A stretch of DNA of 64,000 bases, from contig NC_000964.3 of NCBI RefSeq assembly GCF_000009045.1, positions 2,418,001 through 2,482,000 on the forward strand, given 5' to 3'. Within the stretch, counting starts at the first letter, position 1. Every line of letters begins with the position of its first letter. Below the pieces are notes generated by a model that saw only the letters and a list, made by a program, of their open reading frames with translations, had not been told where the DNA came from and made no database searches. The position numbers and the translations under genes were made by a program. Source of the stretch: Bacillus subtilis subsp. subtilis str. 168. GTDB taxonomy: Bacteria; Bacillota; Bacilli; Bacillales; Bacillaceae. This document shows positions 43,873 through 53,786 of this stretch, in pieces.

Positions 43873-44196
43873 CTACTTTACTAATATGCTCATTCTGGGG
43901 CTGAGCATTTCAGCCGGGCTTTTCAGCGCCAATGTTTTGGCTTTTTCATTGTAATCGATCGTCATTTGATCGTCAAAAAACACTTTTTGCGACGATTGGA
44001 TATACAGCGGAATGCCGTTCGTTTCCAGCTGCTCGCACTGTCCCGTTAATTCTTCTGCCAGCCAGATTGTCGGGACACCGCTTACCGCGCAGCCGCATCC
44101 TTCTGCATCGTAACGAAGCTGGGCTTTTTTTCCCGGGTTGGCGTCAAACGCCTGCTGCAGTGCCTGTTTTGCTGCATCTGTCACATGTATGTTCAT
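43873..44196 (-). CDS. yqkB: HesB/IscA-like protein YqkB
   Basis: N-terminal IHVTDAA and EGCGCAVSG motif. Confidence 0.85.
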   Translation of the reverse strand: MNIHVTDAAKQALQQAFDANPGKKAQLRYDAEGCGCAVSGVPTIWLAEELTGQCEQLETNGIPLYIQSSQKVFFDDQMTIDYNEKAKTLALKSPAEMLSPRMSILVK

Positions 44197-45224
44197 AAGG
44201 TGAAACCCCCGTTTTCATCATTTTCGCTATTGTAGCATACAATACTGCCATTCGCATTGTTTCTGCCTTTTTTCCACCGCTTCGCATTTTCTTCTGCAGT
44301 CTTGATCCACTCATCTTTCCCTTGTATATACTGATTGATGCTGTCAGGGTGCTGGGCCGCCAGCTGTTTTTTGAGAACGGCGTATTCTTTCGCTATGTTT
44401 GGATGAGCTCTGAGATAATCTCTGAATAACAGATGCCTTTCAATAGCAGGGTTTCCCTGTTCGTACATATGGACATGATGAGTGCGTTTATTTCCGCCCT
44501 TTTGGAAATAACGCCTGCCCGCTATACCGTTCTCACCTTTTGGTGTATAGCCGTTGGCCTTCATTTGTTCATCAAATTGGCTCACGGCTTCAATGCTTCT
44601 GACTTCAATTAACATATCAATGATTGGCTTCGCTGCCATGTTAGGTATTGATGTGCTTCCGATGTGATGAATAGCGATAATCTCCGGCCCGAACACAAGT
44701 TTCAGCCGTTCTTTTTCTTCATCGAAACATTCTGCCCATTTTTCGTTGTAGAGAATGATCTCAACTTTTCTTTTCGGATACAAATGAAAGACCGACAGCA
44801 ATAGACCCTGCGCTGCTTTGACGGTTTCTGCCTTTTGGAATCCGGCCTGTGTATAGAGTGACACAGCCGGGGTATTGTTCTCGGCTGTGACTACTTCGAT
44901 TTTCTCAGCGTCTTCATTATGATCAATGACAAATTGCAGAAGCGCTCGTCCAATTCCTTTTCTGAAACCGTCAGGATGCACAACAAGCCTGCAAATGGTG
45001 AGATAATGCATGTTTTTCTCATATGAAATGACACCGATCAGCTTGCCGTTTTTCCGATATCCCGCAAACCGTTCATGGGATGCTTGAATATCCTTTACCT
45101 TCTCTTGTAAAGCGGGAATACCGTCAAAACCGATAATCTCTGTTTCCTTTATGTAGGCGGGGATCTGTACGGCTAAAATCTCACGCGCTATAGTGGCTTC
45201 CTTATGCTGGAGAAATTCAATCAT
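44193..45224 (-). CDS. yqkA: GNAT acetyltransferase fused to a GrpB/UPF0157 domain
   Basis: VHPDGFRKGIG, then IHHIGSTSIP.MAAKPIID and HLLFRDYLR. Confidence 0.9.
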   Translation of the reverse strand: MIEFLQHKEATIAREILAVQIPAYIKETEIIGFDGIPALQEKVKDIQASHERFAGYRKNGKLIGVISYEKNMHYLTICRLVVHPDGFRKGIGRALLQFVIDHNEDAEKIEVVTAENNTPAVSLYTQAGFQKAETVKAAQGLLLSVFHLYPKRKVEIILYNEKWAECFDEEKERLKLVFGPEIIAIHHIGSTSIPNMAAKPIIDMLIEVRSIEAVSQFDEQMKANGYTPKGENGIAGRRYFQKGGNKRTHHVHMYEQGNPAIERHLLFRDYLRAHPNIAKEYAVLKKQLAAQHPDSINQYIQGKDEWIKTAEENAKRWKKGRNNANGSIVCYNSENDENGGFTL

Positions 45225-45561
45225 TCGTGTTCTCCTGAAACAGCCGCTGTCTGTCGACTTTTGCGACGCGGACTGCATACGACTCGTACCAAACGCTTCT
45301 TCCTTTTTCTTTTGCTGCTTGATGTTCAGTGTGATGCCTCCAATGGTTAATTGCGTCCATACTGTCCCAATAGGAAACTGTGATGCCCCTTCCATCCGCT
45401 TCACGTACGCTTTCCACGCCTAAAAATCCAGGCTGATCCGCCGCAAGTGATACCATCCGCTCCGCTGTTTCTCCATATCCTGTGTCATTTTCGCTTTTGA
45501 CAGAAGAAAAAATGACTGCATAGTAAGGAGGCTCAGGTGTTTTTGATAAAAAATCCATCAT
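45217..45561 (-). CDS. yqjZ: ABM-family putative monooxygenase YqjZ
   Basis: QPGFLGVES and ITVSYW motifs. Confidence 0.88.
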   Translation of the reverse strand: MMDFLSKTPEPPYYAVIFSSVKSENDTGYGETAERMVSLAADQPGFLGVESVREADGRGITVSYWDSMDAINHWRHHTEHQAAKEKGRSVWYESYAVRVAKVDRQRLFQENTND

Positions 45562-45570
45562 ATTTCCCCC

Positions 45571-46041
45571 TCATATGTTTTTGACAAATAGTACCCTGTC
45601 TTGGCCCGGGCCATCATAGTTTGCAAACACTGAGATGCCATTTACCGTTTTGGTGCCCTTTTCAATATCAAACCCCAATTTTGTGTGATATGCGATTGAT
45701 ACCTTATTCACAGGTGAAGTGACACACTTCACCCGGGTGCAGCCCCTTTGTTTTACTGTTTCGATAAATACATCATACAATTGTTTCCCAATTTGCATTT
45801 TTCTGAAATCCGGATGCACACCGGAAAAATGAATGTACGCCGTTTCAGGATCGGATTGCGATTGAAATCCGATTAAAAATCCCGTCATGCTGTTATGTTC
45901 GGATGTAATAAAGCTTGTGTCCTGAAAATGCTCAAAAAATAGTCTCGGCAATTTTTCTTTCAGCTGTCTGCCGCCCCACCATTCATTCAGTACAGACGTT
46001 ACCATTTCATAATCTGAAGACGTGATTGTTCGAATATCCAT
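45571..46041 (-). CDS. yqjY: GNAT acetyltransferase YqjY
   Basis: [15 protein letters not shown] motif. Confidence 0.88.
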
Positions 46042-46103
46042 TACGATTTGATCTCCCTCCGTCTGGCAAAACGAATGTCAGCTCTTTTTCTCACAATATA
46101 AAA

Positions 46104-46132
46104 ATTATATTTTGCCTGGCTGGAATTGTAAA
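46104..46132 (-). promoter_or_regulatory. Sigma-A promoter upstream of yqjY
   Basis: TTTACA-N17-TATAAT. Confidence 0.65.
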
Positions 46133-46226
46133 TGCCTTCTTTCCTGTATCATACGTTTCCAGACTGCCGAGGGAACAATGTTTGATCATTTTACGCCTAT
46201 TTCTCCCCCAAACAGGAGGAGAGACT

Positions 46227-46565
46227 TTACAGCACAATATCAAGCACTTGATCAAGTTTCAGCTTATAAAGCTGATCCTCGTCTCCTTTTATCCATACTG
46301 CTTTTTCAAACTCTTCATACCGGCAGATTTTCCCGGTGCAGCAGACAATCTCACCGTCCTGAAAGCAGCTGACAGTGATATCCTGAGCAAACTCCATCGC
46401 GGCGCAAAGCGTTTGATTCATCTCTTCCAGCTTATCGGGGTCAAGGATCGGCTTTTGCAGCTTCTGTTTAAGTCGCTTTCTCTCCAGCAGGCTTTGCTTA
46501 TGTTCCGGCAGAAACATCCTGCTCCCTTCCCACAGCAGGTTGCCCCTTTTTAAATGGTCGTTCAT
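46227..46565 (-). CDS. yqjX: YolD-like protein YqjX
   Basis: RGNLLWEGSRMFLPEHK N-terminus; ATGA overlap with polYB. Confidence 0.88.
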   Translation of the reverse strand: MNDHLKRGNLLWEGSRMFLPEHKQSLLERKRLKQKLQKPILDPDKLEEMNQTLCAAMEFAQDITVSCFQDGEIVCCTGKICRYEEFEKAVWIKGDEDQLYKLKLDQVLDIVL

Positions 46566-47800
46566 TTATAATGCCCCCCTATTTTAGCCGCACGTTCAAA
46601 TGCCTGGCCTGCCGCTGTCAGTGACGCCGCCCTGATGATTGCTGTATCGCCGAATCGATTTTTAATGCCATCCATCACATAGCCTAGGCTCATTTTCTTT
46701 GCATAATCCTGAAATAAATTGAGCTGCCATATGTCATCAGATGAGAGCTGAGACAGATTGACACCGAGGCGGCGGACGGGTTTCCCGTCCCAAAATGTAA
46801 GAAACAGCCGTCGTACAGCCTCATATACATCCTGCGTAGAATTAGTCGGCTCTGCCAGCTTCACTTGCCGGTTGAAGCCCGTCGGCCAATCAAAATCAGC
46901 ACCCCGGCAGCTCACTGACACTGTCTGCCCCATGACCCCGGCGTTTCGGCTTCGCCTGCACACCTCTTCACTCAGCTCAAGCAATACGACCTTGATTTCT
47001 TTGTCAAAGTGTTCGTAGTCTCTCGGGAGAGTCATTCCATGACCTATCGCCTTTTGCCCGTCCAGAGACGAAGTTGACACAGGGGAATAGTCGATTCCGT
47101 TTGCCGTCATCCACAGCACGTGGCCGTTAATGCCCCATTTCTTTTTTAAAAGATCGAGCGGAAAAGCCGCGAGCCCGCCGATCGTGCTGATGCCCATTCG
47201 ATTTAAATGATGCTTCATGCGGCTCCCGACGCCAAACATGCTGCCCACCGGGAGCGGCCACATTTCGGTTTTCATATTTTCTTTCGTTAAGGTAAAAATA
47301 CCGTTCTTATTCTTTTTGGCAAAATTGTCACACGCAATTTTGGCCAGCGCTTTGTTAGGGCCGATTCCGACCCGTGCATAAACGCCGATCTCCCGCATGA
47401 TTCTGCCCTGAATGCTTTTCGCGATCTCCATCGGCGTCCCAAACAGCTTCTGGCTGCCTGTAATGTCCATGAACTGTTCATCGATGGAATACGGCTCCAC
47501 AAGGTCTGTATACTCCTCGAGAATGGCCGTAATTTGCAGTGATACATCAATATACCGCTGCATACGCGGCCGGAGCACAACAGCCTCAGGACACTTTTCC
47601 TGCGCCTCCCACAGCCGTGAAGCATTCACCACACCCTTTTGTTTCGCCAGCGGGCAGGCAGCCAATACGACTCCGCCCCTTTTTTCAGGGTCACCCGAAA
47701 CAATGACGGGCCTATTTTTCAAATGTGGATTTTCCGCTTTCTCTACAGATGCATAAAACGATTGCATGTCAACGAGAAAAATCACTTTTTCTTTCATCAT
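46562..47800 (-). CDS. polYB: Y-family DNA polymerase PolY2
   Basis: VDMQSFYASVE and YSIDE motifs (also called yqjW). Confidence 0.95.
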   Translation of the reverse strand: MMKEKVIFLVDMQSFYASVEKAENPHLKNRPVIVSGDPEKRGGVVLAACPLAKQKGVVNASRLWEAQEKCPEAVVLRPRMQRYIDVSLQITAILEEYTDLVEPYSIDEQFMDITGSQKLFGTPMEIAKSIQGRIMREIGVYARVGIGPNKALAKIACDNFAKKNKNGIFTLTKENMKTEMWPLPVGSMFGVGSRMKHHLNRMGISTIGGLAAFPLDLLKKKWGINGHVLWMTANGIDYSPVSTSSLDGQKAIGHGMTLPRDYEHFDKEIKVVLLELSEEVCRRSRNAGVMGQTVSVSCRGADFDWPTGFNRQVKLAEPTNSTQDVYEAVRRLFLTFWDGKPVRRLGVNLSQLSSDDIWQLNLFQDYAKKMSLGYVMDGIKNRFGDTAIIRAASLTAAGQAFERAAKIGGHYK

Positions 47801-47814
47801 ACACACCTCTAAAA

Positions 47815-47856
47815 AGAACTTATGTTCGCTTTTCATTATATGCGAAAGTATGTTCG
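47815..47856. promoter_or_regulatory. Two LexA (SOS/Cheo) boxes flanking the polYB -10
   Basis: AGAACTTATGTTCG (47815-47828) and CGAAAGTATGTTCG (47843-47856); TATAAT on the minus strand at 47835-47840. Confidence 0.85.
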
Positions 47857-47965
47857 TTTTATACTGGTAAATGATTCTTGTCTGACAGAAAATATGATCC
47901 AAGGGTTTGAGAGAAGAAAAACATTTAGTAGAATAAAAGCGAAGCATAAGGATAGGAGAGTCATG

Positions 47966-48172
47966 ATGGAGAAATTTGTCGAAAAAATGCTGGGACAGGC
48001 ATTGCGGCAATACGGCAGAAACGTTGCTATAGATCCGTTAAGCCCGTATGAAAAACAAAGCCTGAAAGCGGCTCTACAAGAGAGACGGAATGAAGAACCA
48101 GATGAGGATTTGCATGCGCATATAGAAGATATCATTTATGACTATGTCACAAACCAAGGCCTGTTCTCTTAA
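47966..48172 (+). CDS. yqzH: Small hypothetical protein YqzH
   Basis: 68 aa after AGGAGAG; EDIIYDYVT C-terminus; divergent from polYB. Confidence 0.83.
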   Translation: MEKFVEKMLGQALRQYGRNVAIDPLSPYEKQSLKAALQERRNEEPDEDLHAHIEDIIYDYVTNQGLFS

Positions 48173-48720
48173 ACGCATGACTGTCAGTTCTTTCAGCCGC
48201 TGATGCGGCTTCCCTTTGAAAACACCGCCTGAAACAAATAAACAGTCTCAGGCTTACAGAAAAAAAGCAGGATTTTCTCACGCTCCATAGATTCATATGG
48301 CCTGGCGTAAAATTCCCCTCAATGCTCGCGCAAAACGGAATAAGCTGTCCATGATCACGCGTATACACTTTTTCGAAGAGATGTGCTCTCTTGTTCTGTC
48401 ATGCGGTCCATGCCGGTTTTCAGCGTACATCTTGATCTCATAGCCGGTTTCACTGCCGATATGATCCACGTTCTGGCGGCTTAAACTAACACACCCTCAC
48501 TGACCAATCGCTTTGCTTTTCATCGGACATCCCGTCATTTTCCTTCTTTCAAGATGTAAACTCCGTCAGCCACACGCATCCTCAACGCATAGTATATTGC
48601 CATCCATACAATCAGGCATACTACATGTCAATAACGAAATATTTTGAACGATCTATTGGAGAAGGAAATTTTTTCATATATGATAGAGAAAGATCATACA
48701 TACAGGAGAGAATATAATTC

Positions 48721-49953
48721 ATGAAGAAATGGAAAGATATCCACCCGATCAGCTGGACAATTATAATCGGAACCATTTTCGGCAGAATGGCAACATCGAT
48801 GAGCATTCCTTTTTTAGCGATTTATTTGACAGCCGTCCAAGGCGCATCAGCTTCCTATGCAGGGCTGGTCATCGCCGCGAGCTCATCAGTCGGCATCCTC
48901 GCAAGCTTTTACGGCGGATATATCTCAGATAAATTCGGCAGAAAAAACATGATGCTTGTATCGATTTTCGGATGGATGCTGGTATTTGCAGGCTTTGCGG
49001 CAGCATCTAATCTCTGGGTGTTTTTTGTAGTAAACGCATTAAACGGTCTTTGCAAATCACTGTTTGAGCCCGCTTCAAAGGCCTTGTTGTCTGATATGAC
49101 AGAAGAAAAAACGAGACTGCTAGTTTTTAATTTACGCTATGCGGCTATTAATATCGGCGTTGTCTTCGGACCTGTGCTTGGCCTATATTTCGGCTCATCG
49201 CAATCGACTACGCCCTTTTTGGTGCCTGCAGTCATTTACGGACTATACGGAATTGTGCTTGCCCTCCAATTTAAAAAACATCCATCCTTATCAGCACCAG
49301 CCCAGTCCCGAAATATGAGCGTGCGGGAAGCGTTTATGGTCACGCAAAAGGATTATCTTTTTACCATTGCTTTGGTCGGCATTACGCTATGCACCTTCGG
49401 CTACTCACAATTCAGTTCCACATTCCCTCAGTATATGGCGCAGAACCCCTTGATCGGCAATGGAACGAAGCTGTATGGGCTGATGCTGACATTAAACGCA
49501 ATCGTTGTGTTGGCGACGCAATTTCCCATTGTCCATTTTGCAAAACGGTTTTCGCCGCTTTGTTCTCTGATGCTCGGTAATGTGATGGTTAGCATCAGCA
49601 TGGCCATTTTCACCGTATCACACGGTGTTCCATCAATTGTGATGATTGTCATCACATTTACAATCGGCGAAGTGCTTTTATTCTCTATGATGGATTTGTA
49701 TGTAGACCAGATTGCAAAACCAGGATTAAAAGGCACTTATTTCGGGGCAATCGGTTTTTCACAGCTCGGAAACGTCATCGGCCCTTGGGTCGGGGGGATA
49801 TGTATAGACCTGTTTGGCGCTGGCCGGCCGATTTATATTTTTTCTGTCCTGAGCGGCATTACCCTGCTCGGCCTGCCATTTTTAGCGTTCGCCTATCGGC
49901 AAATGAAAATGGAGACCACAAAACACCGTTCCCGTCTGGAAAAGCCGCTTTAA
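48721..49953 (+). CDS. yqjV: MFS transporter
   Basis: GYISDKFGRK motif A; 12 TM pattern. Confidence 0.92.
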   Translation: MKKWKDIHPISWTIIIGTIFGRMATSMSIPFLAIYLTAVQGASASYAGLVIAASSSVGILASFYGGYISDKFGRKNMMLVSIFGWMLVFAGFAAASNLWVFFVVNALNGLCKSLFEPASKALLSDMTEEKTRLLVFNLRYAAINIGVVFGPVLGLYFGSSQSTTPFLVPAVIYGLYGIVLALQFKKHPSLSAPAQSRNMSVREAFMVTQKDYLFTIALVGITLCTFGYSQFSSTFPQYMAQNPLIGNGTKLYGLMLTLNAIVVLATQFPIVHFAKRFSPLCSLMLGNVMVSISMAIFTVSHGVPSIVMIVITFTIGEVLLFSMMDLYVDQIAKPGLKGTYFGAIGFSQLGNVIGPWVGGICIDLFGAGRPIYIFSVLSGITLLGLPFLAFAYRQMKMETTKHRSRLEKPL

Positions 49954-50003
49954 ATAAAAAACGGAAGAGAATGAATCTCTCCCGCAAACATGAGGTGAAG
50001 AAC

Positions 50004-50162
50004 ATGAATATAGGTGATGTGATGTTTCAGCTGTTTGTATTTATTATATTTGCCGCTGTCGTCTTTGCGGCTGTTACAGGCTTCAAGTATGCGAAAAACC
50101 GAAAAGCGCAGCTGGATCGCATTGAGAAAAAGCTGAACAGCCTGTCCGAAGATCACGATTAA
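50004..50162 (+). CDS. yqjU: 52-aa single-TM protein (DUF4083-like)
   Basis: GAGGTG RBS; MNIGDVMFQLFVFIIFAAVVFAAVTGFKYAKNRKAQLDRIEKKLNSLSEDHD. Confidence 0.65.
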   Translation: MNIGDVMFQLFVFIIFAAVVFAAVTGFKYAKNRKAQLDRIEKKLNSLSEDHD

Positions 50163-50545
50163 CAGCTTGGGGCAACGAGCTCTACCTTAATCCGGTCTGG
50201 ATCCTCACAAAAGACTGCATAATGCCCGTCTCCTCCGGCAAAAGGATGCCTGTCTCGGTACAACACACGATAGCCTTTTGCCGTCAATTTTTCAGTCATC
50301 TGATCGACTTGAAGCTTGGATTCAGCATGAAATGCGAGATGGTTCAGACCGACTCGGCATCTATGGTATTCCGGCTCTAGAAATGGCTCTTTCGCCTGCA
50401 CAATCACTAGGTAAAAACGATCTTTCTTCCAGCTGATGCCTGAGCTCCATTTTTGATACTCTTTATAACCAAGTTCTTTTAAGAACCAGCCCCAAAACCG
50501 CCTAGACGCCTCCAAATCAGAGACATACAGTTCAATATGATGCAC
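50159..50545 (-). CDS. yqjT: VOC/glyoxalase-family protein
   Basis: MHHIELYV, GLNHLAF and EDPDRIKVE motifs. Confidence 0.9.
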   Translation of the reverse strand: MHHIELYVSDLEASRRFWGWFLKELGYKEYQKWSSGISWKKDRFYLVIVQAKEPFLEPEYHRCRVGLNHLAFHAESKLQVDQMTEKLTAKGYRVLYRDRHPFAGGDGHYAVFCEDPDRIKVELVAPSC

Positions 50546-50548
50546 ATT

Positions 50549-51508
50549 TCATACCCTCCTTACCAACACTTCCTCGACCTTATGCCCGTCTCCCTTACGC
50601 AAAATGAGATCTGACCTGAATTTAGTTGGCAAAATATTTTCATATAAATTCGGCCGGTTGACACTCTCCCAAATCGAGGCTGCCATCTCGTCAGCCTCCT
50701 GATCGGACAAGTCTTTAAATTTATGAAAATATGAATCAGGATTTTGAAAAGCTGTTTCCCGAAGCAGGCGAAAACGCTCTAAATACCAAGTGAAAATCCG
50801 GCTTTCCTCCGCATCCACATAAATCGAAAAATCAAAGAAATCGGAAACAAAAATACGCGGGTTTTCCCGGTCATCCTCCAAGGTGGGCGACTGAAGAACA
50901 TTAATGCCTTCAATAATCACAATATCCGCCTGTTCTACAACCTCGAACACACCTTCCTCGCGGTCATAGGTTAGATGGGAATACACCGGGGCCTTTACGC
51001 TGTCCTTTCCTGATTTTAAGTCATTCAAAAATTCGAGCAGCGCCTTTACATCATAGCTTTCAGGAAATCCTTTTCTTGACATCATATTTTTCTTTTTCAG
51101 CTCGGCAGTAGGAAATAAAAAACCATCTGTCGTGATAAGGCTCACTTTTGGACGGTCAGGCAAACGCGAAAGCAGCTTCTGCAAGATCCGCGCCGTCGTG
51201 CTTTTTCCGACTGCGACACTGCCGGCAATGCCGATAATAAACGGAATTTTGGCTGAATGTGGGTGCTTCAAAAAAACATTGACATGCTTATTGCGTTCAG
51301 CCGCAGACTTGACATGTAAATGAAGCAAGCGAACAAGCGGAATATAGATCGTCTCCACTTCTTCAACAGATAGATAATCATTCAATCCTTCCACAGCTTT
51401 TGCCTCTTCTTCAGATACAGCAATCGACAAATGCCCCCCAAAACCAGACCAAGACTCCCGATTGTGCTGTGTATATAAAGTATGTAGGTTAAGTTCTTTA
51501 TTTTTCAC
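50549..51508 (-). CDS. coaA: Type I pantothenate kinase
   Basis: GSVAVGKST P-loop; RKGFPESYD. Confidence 0.96.
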   Translation of the reverse strand: MKNKELNLHTLYTQHNRESWSGFGGHLSIAVSEEEAKAVEGLNDYLSVEEVETIYIPLVRLLHLHVKSAAERNKHVNVFLKHPHSAKIPFIIGIAGSVAVGKSTTARILQKLLSRLPDRPKVSLITTDGFLFPTAELKKKNMMSRKGFPESYDVKALLEFLNDLKSGKDSVKAPVYSHLTYDREEGVFEVVEQADIVIIEGINVLQSPTLEDDRENPRIFVSDFFDFSIYVDAEESRIFTWYLERFRLLRETAFQNPDSYFHKFKDLSDQEADEMAASIWESVNRPNLYENILPTKFRSDLILRKGDGHKVEEVLVRRV

Positions 51509-51579
51509 TGTTTACACCTGACTCTCTGTAGGTTAAAACCCTTACAAAGATTGTAACGGAAAACCTTTTCACTGTCTGC

Positions 51580-52926
51580 TTATTTTTCATTTCGTTTTTT
51601 TAGCAAATCAGCACCGATTCGGTTATACGCAGCCATTTCATCTTTTGGAACCATGCTTCCTCCCGTTCCCCAGACGACATGTACGGCATGTTCCATCTTA
51701 TATTTCTGAGCATAGCGCCTTCCCTCTTCTGTCGAAAAAAGCTGAACCGGCCCGAACATGCCAGCAAGAGCAGAGGGCTCTAAATATTTATCTTCAGATA
51801 CAGCCAGCATATGAAGCAAAGTATAAAGCGTATTGTCCTCTACCGTATAACAGCCGCTCAGAAGCGGTTCAATCAGCTTGCCGACAAATCCTGACGGCCT
51901 CCCTACGGCAAGTCCGTCAGCAGCCGTCTGATTATCCAGGCCGATATCCTGGACGGAGATCTTCTCGTGAAGTCCTGAATAAAGCCCTAACAGCATACAA
52001 GGTGAATGAGTTGGTTCTGCGAAAAACACATGAACATCATCTCCGTATAAAAGCTTCAGCCCAAATGCTACACCGCCCGGTCCTCCGCCGACTCCGCACG
52101 GCAGATACACAAACAAGGGCGTCTCAAGACTTGGCTTTATATTCATACAGTCAAGCTGTGTTTTTAATCGGCTTGCAGCAACAGCATATCCTAAGAACAG
52201 CTGACGAGAATGTTCATCATCAATAAAATAACAGAATGGATCTTGTTCCGCCTGCCGTCTCCCTTCGTTCACCGCTTCACTGTAATCTGTTTCGTACTCC
52301 ATAACAGTGACTCCCTTTTGGCGGAGGAGATCCTTTTTCCACTGCTTAGCATCGGCGGACATATGCACTGTCACGCGAAACCCGAGTGCCGCGCCGATGA
52401 TGCCGATGCTTAAACCTAGATTTCCTGTCGAACCGACAGCAATCGAATAGCGGGAGAAAAACCCGGTAAACCGCTCTTCCTGTAAGATGCGGTAATCATC
52501 GGTTTCCTGAAGCATTCCTTCTTGAAGCGCGAGATTTTCAGCATACTTTAACACTTCATAAATCCCGCCCCTCGCTTTAATCGATCCTGAAATCGGAAGC
52601 TCATGGTCGCACTTTAAAAGCCATCTTCCGGGAAATGGCTGCTGATATGCCGCTTCCAGCTTTCCCTTCATATGCTGCACCTCAAAAAGCGGAGACTCGA
52701 TGATTCCTTTAGCGCCTTTCGTCTCAGGAAACACCTCGGCAATGTAAGGTGCAAACCGCTGCATTCTTTTTTCCGCTTCCGCTATCTCGGTTGCCCACTC
52801 ATCTGCACGGGGTAATGGCCCCTCTTTCTTGCCTGAATTTGCCCAGAATACAGGCTCTGCATCAATCAGTTTCTGAATAAACGGATCTTTAAGCAGAGCA
52901 TGAAGGACTTCTGAATGAACTGACAT
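51580..52926 (-). CDS. dsdA: D-serine dehydratase
   Basis: [18 protein letters not shown] and [10 protein letters not shown] motifs. Confidence 0.95.
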   Translation of the reverse strand: MSVHSEVLHALLKDPFIQKLIDAEPVFWANSGKKEGPLPRADEWATEIAEAEKRMQRFAPYIAEVFPETKGAKGIIESPLFEVQHMKGKLEAAYQQPFPGRWLLKCDHELPISGSIKARGGIYEVLKYAENLALQEGMLQETDDYRILQEERFTGFFSRYSIAVGSTGNLGLSIGIIGAALGFRVTVHMSADAKQWKKDLLRQKGVTVMEYETDYSEAVNEGRRQAEQDPFCYFIDDEHSRQLFLGYAVAASRLKTQLDCMNIKPSLETPLFVYLPCGVGGGPGGVAFGLKLLYGDDVHVFFAEPTHSPCMLLGLYSGLHEKISVQDIGLDNQTAADGLAVGRPSGFVGKLIEPLLSGCYTVEDNTLYTLLHMLAVSEDKYLEPSALAGMFGPVQLFSTEEGRRYAQKYKMEHAVHVVWGTGGSMVPKDEMAAYNRIGADLLKKRNEK

Positions 52927-53001
52927 TCAACAATCTCTCCCTTCCACTATCAAAAACTGCCCCGTGAGAAACAAGCCACTCCACCACAGGCAGTTCTATC
53001 A

Positions 53002-53781
53002 TTATTTTTTCATGAGCGCGCGTCCTGCCAGCTTTTCTACAAGAGCTGGAAACAGCTGATACAGCTTAGTGCCGGCATTCATTAAACGCGGAAGATTGAT
53101 CTCCCGCTTTTTCGTAAAAATTGCAGCTGTAATTTGAGCTGCCACGTCATCAGGATCAAGCATCCAGCGGCCGACATTTTTGGCGTAGTCCCCGCCTTTA
53201 TCAGCAATGGAAAAAAAGTCCGTCTGAATCGGGCCCGGGTTGACTGTTGTCACATAAATGCCGGTTCCCGAAAGCTCCATCCGCAAAGCGTTTGAGTAAC
53301 CTAACACGGCATGTTTGGTCGCGGAATACAGGCTAGACTTCGGTGTGGCGATTTTCCCCGCTTGAGAGGCGATATTGATGATATGTCCCTTTTTTTGCTC
53401 AAGCATTTGCGGAAGCACCGCTTTTGTACAGGCGATCAGGCCGAAGACATTCACATCAAACATCGCTTTCATGTCATCCAATGTAGAGTCTAAAACCGTT
53501 TCAAATATACCGAAGCCTGCATTGTTAATCAGTACATCAATCGAGCCGATCTGATCGCGGACCCGGGCGATATCCTCTAGGCGGCCGACATCCAGAGGAA
53601 AAATCTCACACTGTCCGCTCCATTCCTCGGTTATTTTCCTTTTGATTTCTATCAAACGATCCTCGCGTCTAGCCGACAGCAGGACATGGGCTCCTTCAGC
53701 CGCGCATAAGTATGCGATTCTTTCTCCAAGCCCTCCTGAAGCGCCGGTTATCCAAATCCTTTTTCCCGCTATATGTTTCAC
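53002..53781 (-). CDS. yqjQ: Short-chain dehydrogenase/reductase
   Basis: [12 protein letters not shown] and YSATK motifs; GTG start after GAGGTG. Confidence 0.92.
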
Positions 53782-53786
53782 CCATT

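Noticed and set aside
46026-46553. 175-aa ORF antisense to yqjX
   Set aside because: Crosses the yqjY promoter and yqjX; no coding signals
51645-52226. 193-aa ORF antisense to dsdA
   Set aside because: Shadow; no RBS or motif
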